A DNA stretch of 64,000 nucleotides from Octopus sinensis. Its lineage: Eukaryota. The DNA is taken from the NCBI RefSeq assembly GCF_006345805.1, contig NC_042999.1:115692001-115756000 (forward strand), read 5' to 3'. Below the pieces are notes generated by a model. That model was not told the origin of the DNA. It made no database searches and saw nothing but the letters and a program-made list of their open reading frames with translations. This document shows, piece after piece, positions 11,831 through 26,158 of the stretch. The position numbers were made by a program, and so were the translations under genes. The number at the start of each line of letters is the position of its first letter. Position 1 is the stretch's first letter.

Positions 11831-12636
11831 AATAATACCCCCCCCCAGCATATCATCTCCACATACTTATGATGAATATAGTTACTAGAAGTTTTAATAG
11901 TATTATATGCGTATATACTAAGAATTTATTAAACCTTTAAATGAATAGGCAGGCCACATATATGTAACATAAATTTTTAACTTCTACTTTTCTGTCTTTA
12001 TGGGAAGAGTATATTATGCGTTTTAAAACGTTTTGGTGCGTTTAAAACTTACAAACTTTGCTGAATTACATATTTTCAAGAGAGATGCTTGGGACCCATC
12101 AAAGGGTGTTGTTGAGCTTGAATTCATTTAATCTACAGCTGTTAATACATCTTTTATGTTGATGTAATCAATGGTTGCTGCTTCTCTATCAGGTTCTATT
12201 AAAATACCCACCTTACTTGTTCATTTGCATAAGTTACATTCGTGAGATGAAAACAATTTTGAATTATTTATTCAGTCTTTCATAGATCATTTGCGGAGTC
12301 GGCGGACAGTGAGCTATTTCCTTGGGACAAAGGTTCTCTTCTATAATGAACTAAATCTGATACTTTTTCAAAATTATAGGAAACTTTAGGCTTTGGTTTA
12401 GTACTTTCTGGAGCGCCTCTATCTCCCTTTCGTTTTAAATTATTTTTTCCCGATTTTTACGAGTATCTTTTTAAGTGGAACTTTGACGCTATATTTGAGA
12501 TCTAAAGTATTGTTACCACTGTAAGAGTAGAATATTATTTGTTCCATGAACAGCATACAAAAAAGTTAGATTCTACTGGCCTTTCTTCATGCAGTGACAT
12601 TCCTGATAGAATTGAAGTCTCTGAAGAAAAGGACAG

Positions 12637-13121
12637 CGTACAAACACACATACGTACACACACACACACGCACATACATACATAGATACATACATAGATA
12701 AATACGTACGTACATACATACATACATACATACATACATACATACATACATACATGCATACGCGCCGCTTACTTTCAAAGTAAAATACCGTGTAATTTTT
12801 TCTTTCTCATTTCCTTTACGTTTCAATTTATTAGAATTTTAACAGTTCGTTTTCTATTTTTCTTTCGAAACTATTACTGTATTACTTCATGTTATTGTAT
12901 TTGGGTGTTCATAATGTCTGCGGGCAGTTGAGTTAAGCTAAAAATATTCTTAGAATTTAAAATAAATCCTTCTCACCGATCAGAATGACTGCAATTTGTC
13001 GTACCCCACTACTAGTTTTGCGATACGTACACACACTAACACACAAACCCGCACTCACACACATACACATATAGAATACGTACATATATATATAATATAT
13101 ATATAATATATATATATATAT

Positions 13122-13171
<50 letters not shown>

Positions 13172-13181
13172 TGTGTGTATG

Positions 13182-13217
<36 letters not shown>

Positions 13218-13310
13218 CGTATATAATATATTATATATATATATATATTATATATATATATATATATACATATATACATAGACGTTTATATACATATATA
13301 CGTTATATAT

Positions 13311-13348
<38 letters not shown>

Positions 13349-13367
13349 TCACACACAAACACACACG

Positions 13368-13418
<51 letters not shown>

Positions 13419-13420
13419 GG
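12637..13420 (+). repeat. ~780-bp direct duplication, copy 1
   Basis: Near-identical to 16085-16880, including the unique sequence gcatacgcgccgcttactttc..atagaatacg. Confidence 0.9.
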
Positions 13421-13958
13421 TCCAGTTTAGTTAATATCTCTTGTATCATTTGGAGGCTATCTTCTGACATACCATGATGATTTTTAGGCATTTGAAAAGC
13501 GATATGTTAATGCACATAACTACATTAGTTTCTTTTATAATATTGGCGTGTCACATACAGTATTTGAGTGTAACAGATGAACTAAGAGTATGACGTTTTC
13601 ATGGATGTATGTGGCGATTCCAATATGACATCTTTCTTTTCTGATAGTGTGAACTATATAGTATGTGTATTTAGGTATGTATATTTCTGCATTTACCATG
13701 GTTGTTGTCAAATGTGTTTATGTAAGAGATGCATATTACTTCACTGCATGTATTAAGGTATCCTGAATAGAGAGATAGTGTGTGTGTGTATGTGTGTGTG
13801 ATGTGATGTTCTTAAATGTGTATGTCTTTCTGTGTAATCGATGTGCTCTGTTTATCAGATATGTACGCAAAACTGTAAACCAGAAAATTGCGTTCACCGA
13901 CAATATATTGAATGATATGTATGTAAGTATTATGTATGTATGTTTGCATGTATGTATG

Positions 13959-13989
<31 letters not shown>

Positions 13990-14865
13990 GTATGTATGTA
14001 TGTATGTATGTATGTATGTATGTATGTATGTATGTATGTATGTATGTCTGTATGTATGTATGTACATGTACGTATGTATGTATGTATGTATGTATGTATG
14101 TATGCATGTATGTATGTATGTATGTATGTATGTATGTATGTGTGTGTGTGTGTGTGCGCGCGCGCGCGCGCGCGCGTGTGTGTGTATGTGTATATCTATA
14201 TATGTATGTGTGTATTTATGCATGCACTGGCACTCCGTCGGAATAATCACAATCGTCTTTACTAGTTTTTATAACTGTCATTAGTAATCGCTAAACGAAC
14301 TTCGGAAAAATCCTACAATCCCTAAAATCTAATTACTGATTCAGTAACCACCTAAAGACACCACTGAATCCATATACATACACACATATACGTACATACA
14401 CACATATACGTACATACATACATACATACATACATACATACATACATACATACATACATACATACATACGTATAGTCTCTCTCAGACTGCATTTGCTAAA
14501 CAACAGCAGTAAAGATTTAGTGCTGGAAACTGAAGAGAACAATATTCTACATGTCGGTATGGAAGCTCCTCGGGTAGCTCTCGCTTCCCGGTGACCTCCT
14601 ACACAACTCAAAACAGCCAGACTAACATACTTCAAAAAACAAACAAACAAAAAAAAACAAAAAAAATATGTGAAACCAAAAAAATACTGCATAGGTATGT
14701 TTCCCGAAGACTTGAAGAAGATATTCTGTTGTGTCTGGGGAGAGTCATTTTCTTTTTGTGCCTTATAATGTAACATACTCACCGGTAAAATTTCCACTTA
14801 TTTGCTATTTTTATTTTCCTAAAATTTTCGTTGCGTCTTGCAACCTTTTCAATAGTCTTGACTCT

Positions 14866-14942
14866 CAGAATATGTTTCAGACACAACAGAATATGCTTCA
14901 GACACAACAGAATATGCTTCAGACACAGCAGAATATGCTTCA
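14866..14942 (+). repeat. 21-bp tandem repeat, ~3.5 copies
   Basis: Unit cagaatatgcttcagacacaa. Confidence 0.9.
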
Positions 14943-15206
14943 ACATACGAACTCATATAAAGAATCTTGCAAACCAAATCCAAAAACGAAATATTGAAGA
15001 AGATAATAATATTGAAATGTAGCGAAGCCTCTCTTGGACTCGTGACAGCGACACCACACACTTCGAAGGTTATGCATTTGCAATCCAAGAAAAGGAAATT
15101 GCTATTAGACACTTAATAAACAACACATGCGATTAGAAGCTCCGCAAAAATGTCATCAAAGTACTGCTACCCTATACAACATGGCGTTGTTGCGTAAAGC
15201 AATATA

Positions 15207-15344
15207 TTAGGTTGTCCCAAAAGTTCGTAAATCTGGAATATAAAGATGAAGGTAACTATAACAATATAAACCCAAACAAACAATTAAAAATTGCATAAAA
15301 ATTCAAATTTTCGCAAGTGTTTACGAACTTTTGGGACAACCTTA
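15207..15344. mobile_element. Tc1/mariner-type MITE
   Basis: 25-bp TIRs ttaggttgtcccaaaagttcgtaaa / tttacgaacttttgggacaacctta with TA on both sides; inserted in the LINE. Confidence 0.85.
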
Positions 15345-16084
15345 TACAAAGCCACTTGGCAAAAAGAATGTCTTGGAATAAAAATATAGAATTTCCCTGT
15401 TATTGAATACGTACGCAAACATGAGCACAAAGAATACTGGCAGAACATTGCCATCAAACATCTGTCAAGTGTACGCATAACGGCCGGATATTGTTTGGAA
15501 CAGACAAGAAAAAGTATATACCATCATAGAGGTCAGCTGTCCGGCTATGTGAATATCTCTTTGAAAATCAAAGAGAAGATAACTATGGACAGCTGCTTCG
15601 AAATGTCAGCTTCTGTATCCAAATTACAAAGTTAAATTTATGTCAATGATAGCTGGTGGGCTTGGTGCTGTGAGCAAGTTCCTAAGTGATAATCTGGGCA
15701 AGCTTGGATTTTCAGAAAAAGAAATCAACCAACTAACGCGCACATTACAACTACAATCTCTAAATGAAACTACAAATACGCAAGCCTTTTTTCAAATTTA
15801 AAATGTAACATTGTTTTTCATTGTCTACATTCCAATGGTGGAACTTTGTATCGTTGTTCAATAAACAGTTTATTTGTCAGAGGAAGAATTTAAGCAATTA
15901 AAATCAGAAGAGAACATACGTGCGTACCCCCACCCCCACCCACACACGCGCGCACACACACACACAGGCACGCACACACAAACATACATAGATACAAACA
16001 TATATACAACCATACATACAAGCATTCATACATACATACATACAAAGATACACGCACACACCTACACATATACATACAAACATA

Positions 16085-16656
16085 CGTACAAACACACATA
16101 CGTACACACACACACACGCACATACATACATAGATACATACATAGATAAATACGTACGTACATACATACATACATACATACATACATACATACATACATA
16201 CATGCATACGCGCCGCTTACTTTCAAAGTAAAATACCGTGTAATTTTTCTTTCTCATTTCCTTTACGTTTCAATTTATTAGAATTTTAACAGTTCGTTTT
16301 CTATTTTTCTTTCGAAACTATTACTGTATTACTTCATGTTATTGTATTGGGTGTTCATAATGTCTGCGGGCAGTGAGGTAAGCTAAAAATATTCTTAGAA
16401 TTTAAAATAAATCCTTCTCACCGATCAGAATGACTGCAATTTGTCGTACCCCACTACTAGTTTTGCGATACGTACACACACTAACACACAAACCCGCACT
16501 CACACACATACACATATAGAATACGTACATATATATATATAATATATAATATGTGGGTGGTTGTGTGGTGTGTGTGTGTGTGGTGGTGTGTGTGTGTGTG
16601 TTTGTGTGTGTATGTATTATATATATATATTTATATATTTACGTATAATATATAAG

Positions 16657-16693
<37 letters not shown>

Positions 16694-16741
16694 ACATATA
16701 TACATAGACGTTTATATACATATATACGTTTATATATAATG

Positions 16742-16785
<44 letters not shown>

Positions 16786-16832
16786 TCACACACAAACACA
16801 CACGCACGCACGCACGCACACACACACACACA

Positions 16833-16879
<47 letters not shown>

Positions 16880-16880
16880 G
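16085..16880 (+). repeat. ~780-bp direct duplication, copy 2
   Basis: Near-identical to 12637-13420. Confidence 0.9.
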
Positions 16881-18305
16881 TATGTAAATTATGGGATTCG
16901 AATACAACAAAGCTATAAAATATAGCTAATTTTGGTTAGAAAAACTCTTTAGAATGAAAGAAAAAAAAATCGAAGCCTACCCGAAAAATTAAAAGATTTA
17001 CATGTTTTTTTTAATTTATTTTTTTATATATGCTTCGAGATCGAGTTCCAAAGAAAATTTCTTCGGAAACATACGCATATTAATTATTAGCCTCAAGAAT
17101 AGAATCAGTACCAAAAGGCAATCAAAAATCAAATTAAGGTGGATGCCTTATTAGAACGCAGAATATATATATATTATCGGTATTCACTTGCTTTATGCGT
17201 GAATACCGATAATTATGTGGATTTTGAATGCGAGGAGAGGATTTGTTTTTGGTTTTGCGAGTTTGCTTCCCATGTGAAAAACTACACTGGACAATATTCT
17301 TTCCTCTCGCCTCTAACCTTCACTCACCACGCACGCTTGTATGTATTTGTCTGTGTATGAGTATGTGCGTGCGCTTGTGCATATGTATGCACGAGTAATG
17401 GAAGTGTGCGAGTGTGTGTACCTGTGTTGTGTGATCGGTTGGCAGACGATAGAGAAGTTGAAATGTAACTAGTTAACTTGGTTGATTGAAAAGGATCGTC
17501 CGAGCGTTCACTATTCGCTCGTTTATTCCTTCCTTCACTCGATCGTTCTTTACGCTCACAACCAGCTATTAGTGAGAATAAGCCAATGAATGGATAATTG
17601 AATAGATAGAAAAAAATAAATAACGAAGAAATAAGTGAATGAACAAGGGGACTCTAATTTCAATTTTATAGCATCTTCACACTCATTTCTTCGTCGCTAC
17701 CTCTCTATTTATCTCAACCTCTCTCATCTAACTCTGTTTCTTTCTTACTTTTTATTCTCGCTCTTTTAATTTCTCACACCGTTCCACGCTTTACGTCTGC
17801 TATCACTGCACATGATTATTTCTGTTGTTGCTCGCTCTCCTTTCTCATCTCACCCGAATCTCACCCTTTTTCTTCCTCCCACGCCTTCTCTTCCTCTCTT
17901 TCTCTGTTTCCTTTCCTTCGCTCTCCCTCTTTTCTACTTTTCTGTTTCCTCTAGCCATGTGACTCTCATCTTTCGGTTTCTATATATAAACAACTGTCTT
18001 CTTCTTGTCATTCTTCTCGCTGTTTCCCCCTCTCTCTCCTTCTTTTTCTGATCATCACTCAATTCCTATCTCTCTCTCTCTCTCTCTCCCTCCCCCTCTC
18101 TCTCTCTCATTTTGTTATAATCATCTTTTCACAACTTATTGTAAACAGGACAAATTATTTATGTCATTCATCAAAAACAATTAATACTTTTCTTTTACAT
18201 TTTATCCCATTTGATATTTCGCTTGTCTGGTTTGAAGAGAAATTAAGAAGAAGAGAGAGAAAGGAAATATATTAGTGTATACTACACCATATACATATTC
18301 ATGTG

Positions 18306-18683
18306 GAGGTACAATGACCCAGTGGTTAGGGTAGCGGACTCGAGGTCGTAGGATTGCGTTTTCGATTCTCAGACAGGGCGTTGTGAGTGTTTATTGAGCG
18401 AAAACACCTAAAGCTCCACGAAGCTCCGGCAGAGGGTGGTGGCGAACCCTGCTGTACTCTTTCACCACAACTTTCTCTTACTCTTTCTTCATCTTTCTGT
18501 TGTACCTGTATTTCAAAGGCCCAACCTTGTCACACTCTGTGTCATGCTGAATCTCCCCGAGAACTACATTAAGGGTACACGTGTCTGAGGAGTGCTCAGC
18601 CACTTGCACGTTAATTTCACGAGCAGGCTGTTCCATTGATTGGATTAACTGGAACCCTCGTCGTCGTAACCGACGGAGTGCCA
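18306..18683 (+). mobile_element. tRNA-derived SINE (family A tail)
   Basis: A/B-box-like head (cagtggttaggg..ttcgattc); tail gtacctgtatttcaaagg..gtaaccgacggagtgcc is shared with 23571 and 52848. Confidence 0.85.
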
Positions 18684-18741
18684 CGGCATATTCATACAAG
18701 CATATATTTATATACATATATATACATACATACACCACACA

Positions 18742-18774
<33 letters not shown>

Positions 18775-18927
18775 CACATATTTACACATATATATATATA
18801 ATATATATATATATATATAATATATATATATACACACAAATATTTACTTACATATATATGTAAAGATAACTATCTATAAACACGTTGATACATACACACA
18901 CACGCACTCGCGAACACACAGTGAGAA

Positions 18928-18958
<31 letters not shown>

Positions 18959-19153
18959 AGGGGGGAAAGAGAGGAGGAGAGAGTTGTAGGAATAAAGGGG
19001 AGTGGAGAATTAGAGTTTACACATATTAAACTCTTATAGAGATGTTGATATGTTGATGTAACAGGAAATACAAGAGAGACGAATTAGCAAACAACGACAA
19101 CAACAACAAAAACAAAAGAACAGCAACAACAGCTAAAGAACAAATTGCAAAGG

Positions 19154-19708
19154 AAAAAAGAAGAACAGAAAAAAAAACTATAGCTGAAACAAAAAAAAAA
19201 ACAAGATAATTTGAGAGAAAAAAATTTTTTTTTCAGATGGAAGAAATGAATATCTAGGAATATATATAACATAAACATTATCTAGTGAGAATATGTATTT
19301 TGTTTATATTTTGTTCTGTTTCCTTATAAGCAACAACAACAAAAATAACAACAACAAAAACAACGACTACGACGACAGCAATAACAAAACAGCAGCAGCA
19401 GCGCAGCAGCAACAACAAGGAAATCCAGCAGTTTCTACATTGATGCTGAAGCTATATCAAACATTATTATATGACTTTAATGTTTAACTGTATAAATATA
19501 ATAAGGAAAGAGATAAAAACAAAACCAAAAAAAAGGGACCATAAAAATTCCAGAAAATTTTTGTTAACAATTTAAGAAAAGGTAAATATAAATTCATTAT
19601 TTTTTTGTTTGTGTATGTGTGTGTGCGTGTGTGTGTGATTTATGGAGAGGCCGTGTGAATGTGAATGTCTACGGGCTTGTATACAAGAGAGTATGCGTGT
19701 ATATATAT

Positions 19709-19756
<48 letters not shown>

Positions 19757-20758
19757 TGTGTGTGTGTGCGAACATGGTATATATTCATATATGTATGTAT
19801 GTACATGTGTGAGTGTTATGTATATATATCATTGATATAATATAAAATATAATATAATATAATATAATTATATATATATATATATTCGAACTAAAGTGTA
19901 AATTTTATATTACTAAAAAATAAAAAAATAAAGTAAACTAATTTGAACACACACACACACACGCTCACTAACTGTACCAAAGATCTCACACATTTTCCAA
20001 TATATTTAAGTATATTATATGTGTATTTTTATATATATATATATACATGTATGTATATATATATATATGTTGTATGTATATATGTATGTATACTTATTAT
20101 ATATATATATATATATATATNNNNNNNNNNNNNNNNNNNNNNNNNNNNNNNNNNNNNNNNNNNNNNNNNNNNNNNNNNNNNNNNNNNNNNNNNNNNNNNN
20201 NNNNNNNNNNNNNNNNNNNNAAAAAAGAAGAACAGAAAAAAAACTATAGCTGAAACAAAAAAAAAAACAAGATAATTTGAGAGAAAAAAATTTTTTTTTC
20301 AGATGGAAGAAATGAATATCTAGGAATATATATAACATAAACATTATCTAGTGAGAATATGTATTTTGTTTATATTTTGTTCTGTTTCCTTATAAGCAAC
20401 AACAACAACAATAACAACAACAAAAACAACGACTACGACGACAGCAATAACAAAAACAGCAGCAGCAGCAGCAGCAGCAACAACAAGGAAATCCAGCAGT
20501 TTCTACATTGATGCTGAAGCTATATCAAACATTATTATATGACTTTAATGTTTAACTGTATAAATATAATAAGGAAAGAGATAAAAACAAAACCAAAAAA
20601 AGGAACATAAAAATTCCAGAAAATTTTTGTACAATTTAAGAAAGGTAATTAAATTCATTATTTTTTTGTTTGTGTATTTGTGTGTGCGTGTGTGTGTGTA
20701 TTTATGTAGAGGCCGTGTGAATGTGAATGTCTACGGGCTTGTATACAAGAGAGTATGC

Positions 20759-20820
<62 letters not shown>

Positions 20821-21144
20821 GTGTGTTGGCGAACATGTATATATATTCATATATGTATGTATGTAAATGTGTGAGTGTGTATGTATATATATCATTGATA
20901 TAAATAATATAATATAATATAATATATATATATTATATATATTCGAACTAAAGTGTAATTTTTATTACTAAAAAATAAAAATAAAGTAAACTAATTTGAA
21001 CACACACCACACACGCTCACTAACTGTACCAAAGATCTCACACATTTTCCAATATATATTTAAGTAATATATATGTGTATTTTATATATATATATATACA
21101 TGTATGTATAATATATATAGTATGTATGTATATATGTATGTATA

Positions 21145-21160
<16 letters not shown>
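19154..21160 (+). repeat. ~950-bp duplication on either side of a 100-N gap
   Basis: 19154-20120 is repeated from 20221 with microsatellite-length differences; probably an unmerged contig overlap. Confidence 0.85.
20121..20220. other. Assembly gap
   Basis: 100 N. Confidence 1.
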
Positions 21161-21201
<41 letters not shown>

Positions 21202-21375
21202 TATATATGTACATACATACATACATACATAACATACATACATACATGCATATATATATATATATATGTATGGTATGTATGTATGTATACTCGTATAGGA
21301 TTTTTTAAAGAACGTTATAAGGTATTACCTAGATGATATTAAATATATGAATATATGTTTGTATATATCTAAATC

Positions 21376-21429
<54 letters not shown>

Positions 21430-21494
21430 ATCTATCTATCTATCTATCTATCTATCTGTCTGTCTGTCTGTCTGTCTATCTGTCAGTCTGTCAA

Positions 21495-21528
<34 letters not shown>

Positions 21529-21879
21529 CATATACATATATTTATACATACGCACACACACACACATACATATATATATACACACGCTGGTTGAGGTAAG
21601 GTTTCATCAAGTAGTATAATACTCGATCAGTTAAGAGAGCAAAGATATTGTTATAAGAAAAACAAGCGTTGTGGTATTTCACAAAGCTTGCGGTTTTTAT
21701 CCCTATACAAGTCTACAAGTCTTTATTGAACTCTTTCCGGTCCTCTCATTATGGCGATATTTAGTGTTGATCCGCAGGATCATCTCTTTTTCTGTGCGTT
21801 TGTCTCCAGTTTTTAGAGTTTTCAGCTATTTTTTGCCCCCATTTTTTTTATTGCACACTTGTTAGATTAGATACTGATT

Positions 21880-22140
21880 AGGATGTGATCTTGATGGAAT
21901 CCAGAAAGCATTTTTTTGGTGCACCCCTTGAGCGGTCAGCTTCCTTAAGCACCGAGCCTGTGGCAGTTGAGACCGGCATTCTTGGCCTCATGCACCATAT
22001 TCCTTTCTCTCTGCTATCGGGTCGGAGATTGTTGCCCGCAAGTGCGAGCCCTGTGAGTCAGAGCGGCTGTTCCAGCGCATCTCCTTCGTTATCCTCCAGG
22101 GGCAACACCTTTTCCATTTTGTGTACTGGTACCATAAGAA
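21880..22140 (-). mobile_element. Possible RTE-type LINE 3' fragment
   Basis: Minus strand reads ..RMP..DRSRGAPKKCFLDSIK, resembling the RTE C-terminal RxRGxPKKRxxD motif; very decayed. Confidence 0.3.
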
Positions 22141-22578
22141 ACATTGAACTATGATAGAAGAAAGTTGCCTTTACTTAGACTATCTGTTATTCTATTGTTA
22201 TGTCTTTCTCATTTAATACTCAGGACTTAGCTTCAAGCTGTGAGCTAAGATCGTTACACAGAGCACAGAGCAGCTTAGCATTTTAATACGGCCTGGATAT
22301 CAGAGGTGATTATTAATGAACGCTTTGTATTCTCACAAGATTTGGTTCTACCAGTACACTTTGGTTGACATCTCGCTGACCTTAAGGGTCGAATGCAGCT
22401 CTGCTTGATGAAATGTCTTGCGTTGAGAAACTTATGTTCGTTTAAAGTTCAAATGTTAGACTCGTTGAGCATGAGTGTGGCGAGCATGGTTATAACTATA
22501 AGTGTAAATATATTCACATGCGAAAGCCGAATAAACATATATTTAATCTCTCTCTCTCACAGTACACATACGAACGCA

Positions 22579-22632
<54 letters not shown>

Positions 22633-23009
22633 TAGATACATGCATACATGCATACATACATACACACACACAAACTCAAATACATACATGCAGTATAATA
22701 GTTGGACTTTAATAAGTTTCCACTAATTAAATTCCCGTCATTAGGTAATTGTCAACTCGAACTTATTGTTGAAAATACAAAGCCAAAGGTGCGGCGTAAT
22801 GGGATCGAACCCAGAACCACGTGGATGGAAAGCTAACTTATATGTATGAGTTTCTGTGTGTGTCTGTGAATATATATATGTACGTGTACATGTATATGCG
22901 TGTGCATACACACACATACAAGTTCACTACACACAACACACACACACACACACACATATATACATACACACGCACACACACACACACAGAGATATATAGT
23001 GGCAGAAAT

Positions 23010-23040
<31 letters not shown>

Positions 23041-23570
23041 AAGAAAAGACAGGGGAAGGAGTATAAATGTATTCACCCATATCAAACCTTATTAACTAGA
23101 TCTACACTAAAAGCATACTAGCTGCGATCATTACTAAGCATACCACTTTCCTATTTTTCACGATGGGCACGGTGATGTGAAGTAGATTTGACTTCTATTT
23201 TTAACCAGCCAAGTGACCACGCTGAGTATGTGTGTGTATATGTGAAACTGTGTCCATATGTCGATGGGTATGTGAACGCACGTGCTGTTTTAGATCCTAT
23301 TAGCACTGTTTGAGCTTATCTATAATAAAAGATATTCCATCAGAAACCATCACGTCTTTCTATAAATATATTACACTTAGATCTTCATTGTTTAATGCAT
23401 TCTTCGTTTATATTTCAAAATGCATTATGTAATATCAGAAAGATTTGGCTGCTATTTCTAGTAGATCGAACGCTAGCTATGCTTGCGTTTGTGTGTGATG
23501 ACATTTTTTTTCTTTTTTAGAAATTCCAGTATGTTGCTGTCTTGAAGTGTGTGGGTGTATATGTACTGAT

Positions 23571-23889
23571 GGCGTGCGGCTTAGTGGTTAGGGTTTTCGG
23601 CTCATGATCGTAAGATTGTGAGATCAAATGCCGGCGACGGTTTGTGTCTTTGAGCAGGATACTTTATACCACGTTCCTCCAGTCCACTCAGCTGGCAAAA
23701 ATGAGTAGTACCTGTAATTTCAAAGGGTTAGCCTTGTCACATTCTGTATCACGCTGAATCTCCTTGAGAACTACGTTAAGGGTACATGTGTCTGTGGAAT
23801 GCTGAGCCACTTGCACGCTGATTTCACGAGCAGGCTGTTTTGTTGATCACATCAACTGGAACGCTCATCGCCGTAACCGACGGAGTGCC
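23571..23889 (+). mobile_element. tRNA-derived SINE, full length (family A)
   Basis: Head ggcgtgcggcttagtggttaggg..gatcaaatgcc, central tgtgtctttgagcaggatactt, shared tail. Confidence 0.9.
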
Positions 23890-23944
23890 GGTGGGTGTTT
23901 ATGTATGTAAGTTAATATTTATGGATGCATTTATATACACACAG

Positions 23945-24155
23945 ACATCGGTTGCTTTTGCCGAACCGCTAGATACGGTGACGTGAACCAACCAACACCG
24001 GTTGTCAAGTGGTAGTGGGGGACAAATACAGTCACTAGGTGTGTATACGACGGGTTTCCGTCTACCGAATTCACTCACAAGGCTTTTGTTGGTCATGGGC
24101 TATAGTGGAAAGATTTAGCTCAAGCTGCCACGCAGTGAGACTGAACTCGGAACCA
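23945..24155 (-). mobile_element. SINE fragment (family C)
   Basis: Reverse complement matches 54820-55170 (ccttgtgagtg..ggtagacggaaac..cttgacaaccggtgttgg). Confidence 0.8.
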
Positions 24156-24187
24156 TACAAACACACACACACACACACACACACACA

Positions 24188-24508
24188 TGGCGTACGTGCA
24201 TGTGTCGGGCTCACAACCATGAGGTAGTGAGTTCGATTCTTGGACCGGACTGTGTGTTGTGTTCTTGAGCAAGACACTTTATTTTACACTGTTCCTGTTC
24301 ATTCAGCTGTAGAAATGAGTTGCGACGTCAGCGGTGCCAAGCTGTATCGGCTTTTTCCTTGGATAACATCAGTGGCTTGGAGAGGGAAGCTGGTATGCAT
24401 GGTCAACTGCTGGTCTTCTATAAACAACTGTACCCAGACTTGTGCTTAGGAGGGGAACTTCCTAGCTGCAATCCCATGGTCATTCATATCTCAAGGGGTC
24501 TTTACTCT

Positions 24509-24510
<2 letters not shown>
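24188..24510 (+). mobile_element. tRNA-derived SINE (family A head, different tail)
   Basis: gagttcgattc B-box, then ttgtgttcttgagcaagacactttattt. Confidence 0.75.
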
Positions 24511-24583
<73 letters not shown>

Positions 24584-24829
24584 TATATATATAGGATAAT
24601 CATTTATGGACGTCGAAGTTCAATAGTTCAATAAGCTGAAAAAAAAAGGAAAAGTCTACAAACTTTGACGCCAATAACTATTGCTCCTGAACGTTGTTTT
24701 ATAAACCTACCACGGACTGCTGGTAGCTTACAAACTTTGCCACTCTCAGATCCTTGGATCTTACAATTACGCGCGCGCGCACACACAGAGACACAGACAC
24801 AGACAGACACAGACAGACACAGACAGACA

Positions 24830-24899
<70 letters not shown>

Positions 24900-25631
24900 G
24901 TAAAGAATGGGGAATTATACTTCTTCATAAGTTCTCTATTAAAGTATTCTTCACATGACATTCACGTTAGATTTCAGTCCCGACACGTGTCTCTGCTGCA
25001 TAAGTATCCTAATATCTCTTGATATAATATATCAAGTTGTTACAGTTTCAGTATATATTCATCCAGAATAGACATACCTACGCAGTTTTATTCAAGGTTG
25101 TACCCATGCACGTGGATGAAGCGAACTGAATAATTCAGTCTTTGATAGTCCTCCTCAGAACATAATTCAGGTGGAAGGGGAGGGATGTGGGTCGGCGGAT
25201 AAAAGCTCAATTTTATATGACTGTAGAGATTGCTGTGAAATACGATATGGCTATATATTCTGGTTTCATTTAGATCTAGAGTAACCCTTTAGAATTAAAG
25301 GGAATAGACGAATTATATAATTAGTAGTCGAAGAACCATTAGCTACTCATAATGTTCCCTATCATTCGATGTAGTTAACTAGAACCTGGTTTATATCCGA
25401 GTACTAACAAGGTACCTACCTGTCCGATTATATATACATACATAAATACATATGTACAAACTTATATACATACATAAATGTATATATATATATGTATGTA
25501 TGTATATATATATATAATATATAATATATATATATATAATAATAATAAATATTAGGGTATAAATCCAAATTTACAGGGAAAAATCAGATTTAGGATAAAT
25601 CCAATTTTATAGTAAAATATTATATAATATA

Positions 25632-25792
25632 ATTCGAGACAAAACCACTGTTTTGCAAAACAAACAAGGAAAGACTTAATCAATACATAAAAATTTTAAT
25701 ATAAAGAAATAAATTTTTCTTTTATTAAAATTTTTATGTATTGATTAAGTCTTTCCTTGTTTGTTTTGCAAAATAGTGGTTTTGTCTCGAAT
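25632..25792. repeat. Near-perfect ~160-bp palindrome
   Basis: attcgagacaaaaccac..aaagaaa followed by tttcttt..gtggttttgtctcgaat, with a minimal loop; inside (TA)n. Confidence 0.9.
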
Positions 25793-25799
25793 ATATTAT

Positions 25800-25837
<38 letters not shown>

Positions 25838-25841
<4 letters not shown>

Positions 25842-26059
25842 TAATTAAGGGTGTCTAAGAGATACCACCATGCTAGATATAGCAACCAAAATTTGACTCT
25901 AAGATCACATTAAGTGTTCATACAGCACCAGTTGGTAGTTTATTTTGTCTCTTTGTCTTCTTTCTTGGTGCTGTATGGAACATTTAATGTCGCTTTAAAG
26001 TCAAGTTTTGGCTGCTATATCTAGCATGGTGGTATCTCTTAGATACCCTTACTTATAAT
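25838..26059. repeat. Fold-back with ~90-bp arms and ~35-nt loop
   Basis: 25838-25930 is the reverse complement of 25966-26059 (aagggtgtctaagagataccaccatgctagatatagc / gctatatctagcatggtggtatctcttagataccctt). Confidence 0.9.
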
Positions 26060-26158
26060 TTTAATAATAATTATTGCCTATGAGGTTTTTATTCCCATGC
26101 TAGCCACCTGATATGATCAGTATTTTAAATAACGATCTCATCCTTATATATATGTATG

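Larger units (their letters stand above)
14470..15915 (+). mobile_element. Decayed R4-clade RLE LINE, family 2
   Basis: Fragments IVSLRLHLL, HFEGYAFAIQEKEI, IEVSCP, QLLYPNYK..GGLGAV..LGKLGF; homologous to 47660-49570; 5' flank (CATA)n. Confidence 0.7.

Noticed and set aside
11863-11903. ATGATGA..TAG-TTA-CTA-GAAG after the Penelope ORF as its pLTR hammerhead
   Set aside because: Two core changes in very AT-rich DNA; could be chance.
14866-14942. Regular 21-bp repeats as a CRISPR-like array
   Set aside because: No spacers; a simple tandem duplication inside a LINE in eukaryotic DNA.
19154-21160. Tandem duplication as a biological event
   Set aside because: The copies abut a 100-N gap and differ mainly in microsatellite length; most likely a contig overlap.
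21590-21640. CTGA-TCGAGTA..TACTTGA-TGAAAC on the minus strand
   Set aside because: Core incomplete; stems I and III do not pair.
23571-23640. tRNA-like sequences as tRNA genes (also 18306, 50287, 53159)
   Set aside because: They continue into shared SINE bodies and lack a complete cloverleaf.
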